Shown here piece by piece: positions 58,630 through 64,000 of a DNA stretch of 64,000 nt (the stretch's first letter is position 1; each line of letters starts with the position of its first letter). The stretch lies in contig JAISWF010000125.1 in the NCBI GenBank assembly GCA_031271165.1, positions 2,747-66,746 on the forward strand, given 5' to 3'. Below the pieces are notes generated by a model. It saw only the letters and a program-made list of their open reading frames with translations. It was not told the DNA's origin and ran no database searches. Made by a program: the position numbers and the translations under genes. This DNA is from Deltaproteobacteria bacterium. Lineage in GTDB: Bacteria > Desulfobacterota > Desulfarculia > Adiutricales > Adiutricaceae.

Positions 58630-60531
58630 TTAGGAGAGAAGGAAAAGGCGCCTTTGGGCCGCCCGCAGCGACTTTAAAAAACCAAGCTTTTGTTGCCCTC
58701 CCAATGGGCTCTTGGCTATCACGGCGTAACCTAATAGGACGATCAAAGTAGCCAAACTAATCCAGTTACCGGCCTTACTCCCAACAAACTTGACCTGGAC
58801 GGTCAATTTTCCTGCGGCCGGCAAACCCGACAGTTTCAAGCCATGGAAATAGCCTACCTGGCCGACTTTCCCAAAACCTTCCCGACTTCGCCAATAGGTC
58901 TCCAAAATTGGCTCAAATTTCTTTCCATCAATAGTGCTCTGTATATCCATCAACTTGGGGTAATAAAGGACATCCAGAAACAGTTCCCCATATTGTCCCA
59001 TATTGAATTTATTATTGGCCAATTCAATCTCAAAAATCCGATCAGCTGTATTTCTGACTTCAGTGGCTGGCATAATCTCGCTGGCCTCAAAAGCCGGAAC
59101 ATTTTTGGCCCCCTCCATAACCTCAGGCGGCGTCCGCAGATATGAGTCGTTGCCGTTTTCCAACGTCTTAGCTTCCAAAACCTGGGCTGCATGAATATAT
59201 TTCGGATAACCCATCCTGACGCTCTTGGGAAAAAGATAAGGGCTGACTAAAATTATGGAAGCTAAAATCAAAACTAAAGCCAAATTCTTTTTTTGGGCCG
59301 GCCGATAATCAGGGTTAGCCTGCCAAAAGGCGACCAAAGCTAGACTCCCCAAGATCATCGCCAATAACTGAAAGAAGGCCAAAAAACGGTAGGAAAACTG
59401 AGCGAAATCAAAAATTTTCAAAGGCCCGACAAAAATGACGGGCAGCAAAATGACGTAGACAATAAGGCCACCGGTAAATATCAATGGCCAGGCGAAGGCT
59501 GAGCGATAATCCCGAATCTTGAAATAAATATAAGCCACAAAGCCGGCCAAGAGCATCAATCCCAGCTGATAGCAAGCTGCCGGGGTGATCCCTATCCCTT
59601 GTCTCGGCCAAATCAGTTCCCTGATACTGAAGACGGCCAGGAAAGGCGTAAATCTACTAGAATTAAAAAGTGAATTATTAGCGACATCAGATGTTTTGGC
59701 AATAATATCTTTATAAAACATAGCTGGAAATAAATGATACATATCCAACATGCCAATTAAAACTATAATAGCTGCAACAGTAATTATTTTTCTAAAACAT
59801 TTAATTAAGAAATATTTTCTATTTTTTCCACATATAAATAAATTATGAACAAAAAACGATAACAAAAATACACCATAAAAAAAATAAAAAAAGACCGCCG
59901 TGATGAGATGCAGCAGAAACAACCAGGCTGTGGCCAAAACCGCCTTGATTATATAGCCAAATTTTTCGCTAGCTGCGGCCCTTAATTGGTAATAAAGGAC
60001 CATGGGCAAGACGCAAATGGCCATATATTCCGGGATGGCCCCTCTCATAACTCTGTCGACCGCCAGATAAGGCCCAGTAATAAAGACAAAGGCGGCGACC
60101 ATAGCGGCAATGTCAGATTGGGTTAAATACCTGACTAATTTAAATGAAAAAATGAAGGCTAAAGTTGACATCAAAATAAGGGCCAAAGAAAAACCCAAAA
60201 ACAGATCGTGGGTTAATATAGCCACAATAGCTATAAAAGTGTGGGCTCCAGGAGAATAGAACTGGTGAATTGGCAGACCAGCGTTCTCCGAAATTTGCTC
60301 AGCCGTTCTAATAATCCACTGGCCTTTTTCCAGGCCGAGCGCTACGCTGCCCGAGAGTTTGAGGTGATTAAACTGATCTAAATTGAAAATAAGCTGCCCC
60401 TCTGGCAAAGAATAATGGGCCCCCATTAGAATTGAGCTAGCCAAAAAGGCTAACAAAAACAGTCGGATTTGGCCAAATTGCAGGCCAAGAAACTTTCCAC
60501 CAAATAAAGGCGCCTTATGATTTAAGTTCAT
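58630..60531 (-). CDS. Large polytopic membrane protein with a C-terminal extracytoplasmic domain; putative GT-C-type partner of the adjacent GT2
   Basis: 633 aa with about 13 hydrophobic segments, then a ~180-aa hydrophilic domain and a final TM. It is convergent with the GT2 gene across a 23-bp gap. Function is inference only. Confidence 0.55.
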   Translation of the reverse strand: MNLNHKAPLFGGKFLGLQFGQIRLFLLAFLASSILMGAHYSLPEGQLIFNLDQFNHLKLSGSVALGLEKGQWIIRTAEQISENAGLPIHQFYSPGAHTFIAIVAILTHDLFLGFSLALILMSTLAFIFSFKLVRYLTQSDIAAMVAAFVFITGPYLAVDRVMRGAIPEYMAICVLPMVLYYQLRAAASEKFGYIIKAVLATAWLFLLHLITAVFFYFFYGVFLLSFFVHNLFICGKNRKYFLIKCFRKIITVAAIIVLIGMLDMYHLFPAMFYKDIIAKTSDVANNSLFNSSRFTPFLAVFSIRELIWPRQGIGITPAACYQLGLMLLAGFVAYIYFKIRDYRSAFAWPLIFTGGLIVYVILLPVIFVGPLKIFDFAQFSYRFLAFFQLLAMILGSLALVAFWQANPDYRPAQKKNLALVLILASIILVSPYLFPKSVRMGYPKYIHAAQVLEAKTLENGNDSYLRTPPEVMEGAKNVPAFEASEIMPATEVRNTADRIFEIELANNKFNMGQYGELFLDVLYYPKLMDIQSTIDGKKFEPILETYWRSREGFGKVGQVGYFHGLKLSGLPAAGKLTVQVKFVGSKAGNWISLATLIVLLGYAVIAKSPLGGQQKLGFLKSLRAAQRRLFLLS

Positions 60532-61487
60532 TAAAATAATCCAATATTATAATTTTTATATAATAAAACATTGTTAATTTGCTACTGTGAACATTTTACA
60601 AGCGCAACCGAAGTGCTTGGAGGTAAACAACAAAGGAAAAATTTGGCCATAACCTGCCGGCGGTAGCTAACCTTGATAAAATATTTAGCCAGGCCTATAA
60701 TACCCGCAGGTTTGTCTTGAAGCGAAAAATATGTTTATCATTGAAGCTCACCTAGCTCAGAACTACAACGATAAAAGAAAATGGGTCCGGACCTTAAAAA
60801 GCAAGGGCTCCTGAATTAACCAAATACGCCTTGATTATAGCTACAATACACCATAAACTTTAGACTCTCAAACCATAATCAATAATAACATGGTCAACAG
60901 CATCCGAAAAATGCGCTATTTCAATTTTTATAAAATCTTTGTGGCCTAAAAGCTGAAGATATTTGGGATTCTTTTGGCTGGTCTATAGTTTTGGCTGATA
61001 TTTTTCATGCTTCAAATCGGACCGCAGCTGCTTGTCAGAGGGACCTTAATTCCAATTATACCCTCTATCCTAAAGGCCTGCAAAGGCTTCTCAAAAAGCC
61101 GAGGCCCGGTTGCCCTCTCACCTCAATAGTTTAAGTACAAATTATGGTTGAATTAACTCAAGAAAATATGTTACTATAAACTTTCCGACCTTAATTTGGC
61201 CGGCAGTCCGCCTTCTCGCCTCCCACTGAGCGAAACGGCCATTTTTATGGGCCCCCAAACATGCCTTGGCCGGCCCTCATCAAATGGTTAACCTTTAATC
61301 AAAAGCCGCCCATTGGATTGTCTTTCCAATTTTTCCGGATTCTTTGTGTTCTTAAACCGACTCCTAACTCTAACACTAAAGAAAGAAACTTTTCTGCCGG
61401 TAATTTCGCCGGGTAACCCTATTTTGAATCCAACATCCTGTCGGCTCAAACTTTAACTTATCAAATTTCGTCCCGACCTTATTCAAC

Positions 61488-62822
61488 GTGACTGAGGCAC
61501 ACGAAAACAACGAGCCGATCGACGGAGGCACCTTGTCAGCTCAATCTTTGGTCAAGCGTTACATCTTCATCGTCATACCCCTGCTTATTGTCGCCGCCGC
61601 CGCCGCCGTAATTGTGATTGGCTTGCTCCGGCCCCAGCCCGCAATGCAGATGAGGCCCCAACCGGTAACCTTGGTAGAGATTAAAAAAACTCTGGCCAAA
61701 TCATACCTCAGAGTCACCGGCTTAGTGGAGGCTGACCTGGCCGTCGAGCTTAAAGCCAGAGTCAGCGGTTTTTTGCTGGAAAAAAGTTTTCAGGCCGGCG
61801 ACACCGTTACCGAGGGCCAGGTTTTGTTCCAGATCGAGCCTGATAGCTATCAGGCTGCCCTCAACGCTGCCGAGGCCGACGTTTCTTCGGCCGACGCCCA
61901 ACTCGGAAGGGCCGAACTCGAATATAACCGAATCAGGGATCTGTATGACAAAAAAAGCGCTCCCAAATCCGATTTCGATAATGCCGCCGCCGCTCTGGAC
62001 GTAGCCAAGGCCGCCTTGCAGAGTGCCCAGGCCAGGCTTGAACAGGCCGCCTTAACCCTTCAGTACACTACCGTCAAAGCCCCGTTTACCGGCCAAATTA
62101 GCGATTCCACCTTCTCAGTCGGCAGTCTTTTAGGGCCTGAAAGCGGCGTTCTGGCCAGGATTGTCAAAGTCGACGAGGTCGAGGTTAGCTTTGGAGTTTC
62201 CGACAAAGTTATGGCTGGCTCCAGACTGGGCAATCCCAGAAGCGGCCTGCCGGGCTCGACGGTCGAAAATCTTTTGCCCAGGCTGATTATTAACGGCCGG
62301 GATTTCTACGAGCTTGACGGCCACATTTCTTACATTTCCCCAGAGGTTGGGCGGCAATCTGACACCGTCAGCTTTAAAGCCCGTTTCGACAATCCCAAAG
62401 GTATCTTGATTCCAGGTCAATCAGTAGTCGTCAACCTCGAACCCAAGACCCCTAGCGAGGTCTTGCTTCTCCCAAAAAATACCGTTATGACCAGTCAAGG
62501 CAGCAGCTATGTTTACGTCACGGCCCCCAATCCCAATGGCGGCTTGGTCAGCGAGACCAGGCCGGTTACGCTGGGTTTCGAGTACGAAGAAGGCTTTGAA
62601 ATTTTAAGCGGCTTAGCCGAAGGCGACCAAGTTATATCCCTTGGACTTATGAGCGGCGGGGCCCGGCTTCGTCCTGGCTATCCGGTAACAGTAGTTGAAG
62701 ATCCCAAAAAGCCTCAAGCCCAGGCCGCTGGCTCAGAAATTTCTCCAAACGGGGACTCGGCGGAGGAGGCACCAGGTTCTTCAGAGAGCCAAAATTCCGA
62801 AAACGGCTCTGAGGTGAAGTAA
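61488..62822 (+). CDS. RND efflux periplasmic adaptor (membrane fusion protein)
   Basis: GTG start, N-terminal TM, and HlyD_D23-type pattern (RVSGFLLEKSFQAGDTVTEGQVLFQIEPDSYQAAL ... YTTVKAPFTGQI). A low-complexity acidic/Ser-rich tail is present. Confidence 0.85.
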   Translation: MTEAHENNEPIDGGTLSAQSLVKRYIFIVIPLLIVAAAAAVIVIGLLRPQPAMQMRPQPVTLVEIKKTLAKSYLRVTGLVEADLAVELKARVSGFLLEKSFQAGDTVTEGQVLFQIEPDSYQAALNAAEADVSSADAQLGRAELEYNRIRDLYDKKSAPKSDFDNAAAALDVAKAALQSAQARLEQAALTLQYTTVKAPFTGQISDSTFSVGSLLGPESGVLARIVKVDEVEVSFGVSDKVMAGSRLGNPRSGLPGSTVENLLPRLIINGRDFYELDGHISYISPEVGRQSDTVSFKARFDNPKGILIPGQSVVVNLEPKTPSEVLLLPKNTVMTSQGSSYVYVTAPNPNGGLVSETRPVTLGFEYEEGFEILSGLAEGDQVISLGLMSGGARLRPGYPVTVVEDPKKPQAQAAGSEISPNGDSAEEAPGSSESQNSENGSEVK

Positions 62823-64000
62823 TGCTGTCGAAAATTTTTATCGACCGACCTCGCTTTGCCATAGTCATAGCTTTAATCATAAGCATTGCCGGCTTTTTGG
62901 CCCTTTTAAAGATTCCCGTCGCCCAATTTCCCGATATTGTGCCCCCAACGGTCAACATTCGGGCCACCTACCCCGGCGCCAGCGCTGACACCCTTGAAAG
63001 TACTGTGGCCCAGCCTATTGAAAGCGCCATGAACGGCGTGGACAACATGCTCTACATGTCCAGTCAATCTTCCAACAATGGCAGTTACTCTCTGGCCGTT
63101 ACTTTCCAAATCGGCACTGACCCCGATTTAAACATGGTCAATGTCCAAAACCGCCTCAAAAAGGCTGAACCGCTTCTGCCCGCTGAAGTCACCCGGCAGG
63201 GTGTTAACGTCGATAAGAGCACCTCCTCGTTTTTAAAGGCCTTCACTTTCTACTCCCCCAACGGCACTCTTTCGCCTTTAGAAATGAGTGACTGGATCTC
63301 CAACAACATCGTCGATCCCCTGGCCCGCATCCCGGGAGTCGGTACGGTCGAATTTTTCGGCAGCACCTACAGCATGCGCATCTGGCTCCAACCAGACCGC
63401 ATGTCCGCCCTGAACCTGACCACCTCCGATATTATCGCCGCACTGTCCTCTCAAAACATCCAAGCCGCTGTCGGCGAGGTTGGCGGTGCCCCCACCCTGA
63501 CAACCCAGGAACTTCATTACAATCTCTCAGCTACTGGTCGGTTAACTTCCCCCGATGAATTTGAAGATATTATTATCCGGACCGATTCTGACGGCAACCC
63601 CCTCCGGCTGGGCGACATCGCTACGGCCGAACTCGACACCGCCACCTATGCCCCCATCGGGATCTACCGCGGCCGGGATTCGGCTGGCATGATGCTCACC
63701 CAGTCGGCTGGCTCCAACGCTGTGGCCACCGCTACGGCCGTCGACAAGGCCTTGGCAGAGATTGTCAAACGCTTTCCCCCGGACATGGCCTATAATCAGG
63801 TTTTCGACGCCACCACTTTCGTTCGTTCGTCGATCAAAGAGGTCCAAAATAGTATCATTGAGGCCATGATTCTGGTCATCTTGGTGGTCTACCTTTTTTT
63901 GGGCAGTTGGCGGGCCACGTTTATCCCCATGGTCGCCGTCCCGGTTTCCCTCATCGGCACCTTTGCGGTCCTTTTGGCGGTAGGCTACTCGGCCAATACC
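62822..64000 (+). CDS. RND efflux permease (AcrB/HAE1 family), 5' part; continues beyond the window
   Basis: Own translation: MLSKIFIDRPRFAIVIALIISIAGFLALLKIPVAQFPDIVPPTVNIRATYPGASADTLESTVAQPIE..., the canonical AcrB N-terminus. The ATG overlaps the adaptor stop (TAATG), and the frame stays open to position 64000. Confidence 0.9.
   Translation, partial: MLSKIFIDRPRFAIVIALIISIAGFLALLKIPVAQFPDIVPPTVNIRATYPGASADTLESTVAQPIESAMNGVDNMLYMSSQSSNNGSYSLAVTFQIGTDPDLNMVNVQNRLKKAEPLLPAEVTRQGVNVDKSTSSFLKAFTFYSPNGTLSPLEMSDWISNNIVDPLARIPGVGTVEFFGSTYSMRIWLQPDRMSALNLTTSDIIAALSSQNIQAAVGEVGGAPTLTTQELHYNLSATGRLTSPDEFEDIIIRTDSDGNPLRLGDIATAELDTATYAPIGIYRGRDSAGMMLTQSAGSNAVATATAVDKALAEIVKRFPPDMAYNQVFDATTFVRSSIKEVQNSIIEAMILVILVVYLFLGSWRATFIPMVAVPVSLIGTFAVLLAVGYSANT

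Overview
This 64-kb window looks like a chromosomal segment from an anaerobic, Desulfobacterota-like bacterium. That assignment is an inference from gene content: a Desulfovibrio-style lactate utilisation cluster and rubredoxin/flavodiiron O2-detoxification genes. I support about 50 protein-coding genes. I recognised no rRNA, tRNA, CRISPR array, transposase or integrase.

The core content, in window order:
- mlaEFD(C) lipid-transport operon (minus strand, window start).
- A YiiX-like lipoprotein and a di-Mop molybdate-binding protein.
- A lactate permease followed by D- and L-lactate dehydrogenase genes (GlcD/GlcF-like, LutC, and a LutB-LutA fusion).
- A TAXI-type TRAP transporter.
- A complete Pho regulon block (pstC-pstA-pstB-phoU-phoB-phoR, then pstS), with phased candidate Pho boxes.
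- ppx-guaB, dnaE, a heptose-7-phosphate kinase and pth.
- A rubredoxin / rubrerythrin-like / flavodiiron protein cluster.
- An MFS transporter, rlmE, tsaE-lysC and a DnaJ-like protein.
- The start of an RND efflux operon (window end).

The unusual parts:
1. A roughly 10-kb island at 39.7-49.9 kb, flanked by AT-rich DNA. It holds two tandem paralogous polytopic membrane proteins, a GtrA-like protein, and a tightly overlapping six-gene operon. The operon encodes a class II aldolase-fold protein, a double nucleotidyltransferase, a GT2, a GDPD-like protein, a GT-C-like membrane domain fused to a PRK/uridine-kinase-like domain, and a HAD hydrolase. I read this as an uncharacterised envelope glycan or polyol-phosphate modification system.
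2. A second GT2 plus large membrane protein pair at 57.7-60.5 kb, and an orphan 811-aa membrane protein downstream of the TRAP genes.
3. A gene desert of about 2 kb at 4.4-6.4 kb, containing four tandem copies of a ~107-bp repeat and very AT-rich blocks.
4. Several striking palindromes and hairpins.

All functional calls rest on motifs I recognise by eye in the supplied or my own translations. No database search was run.
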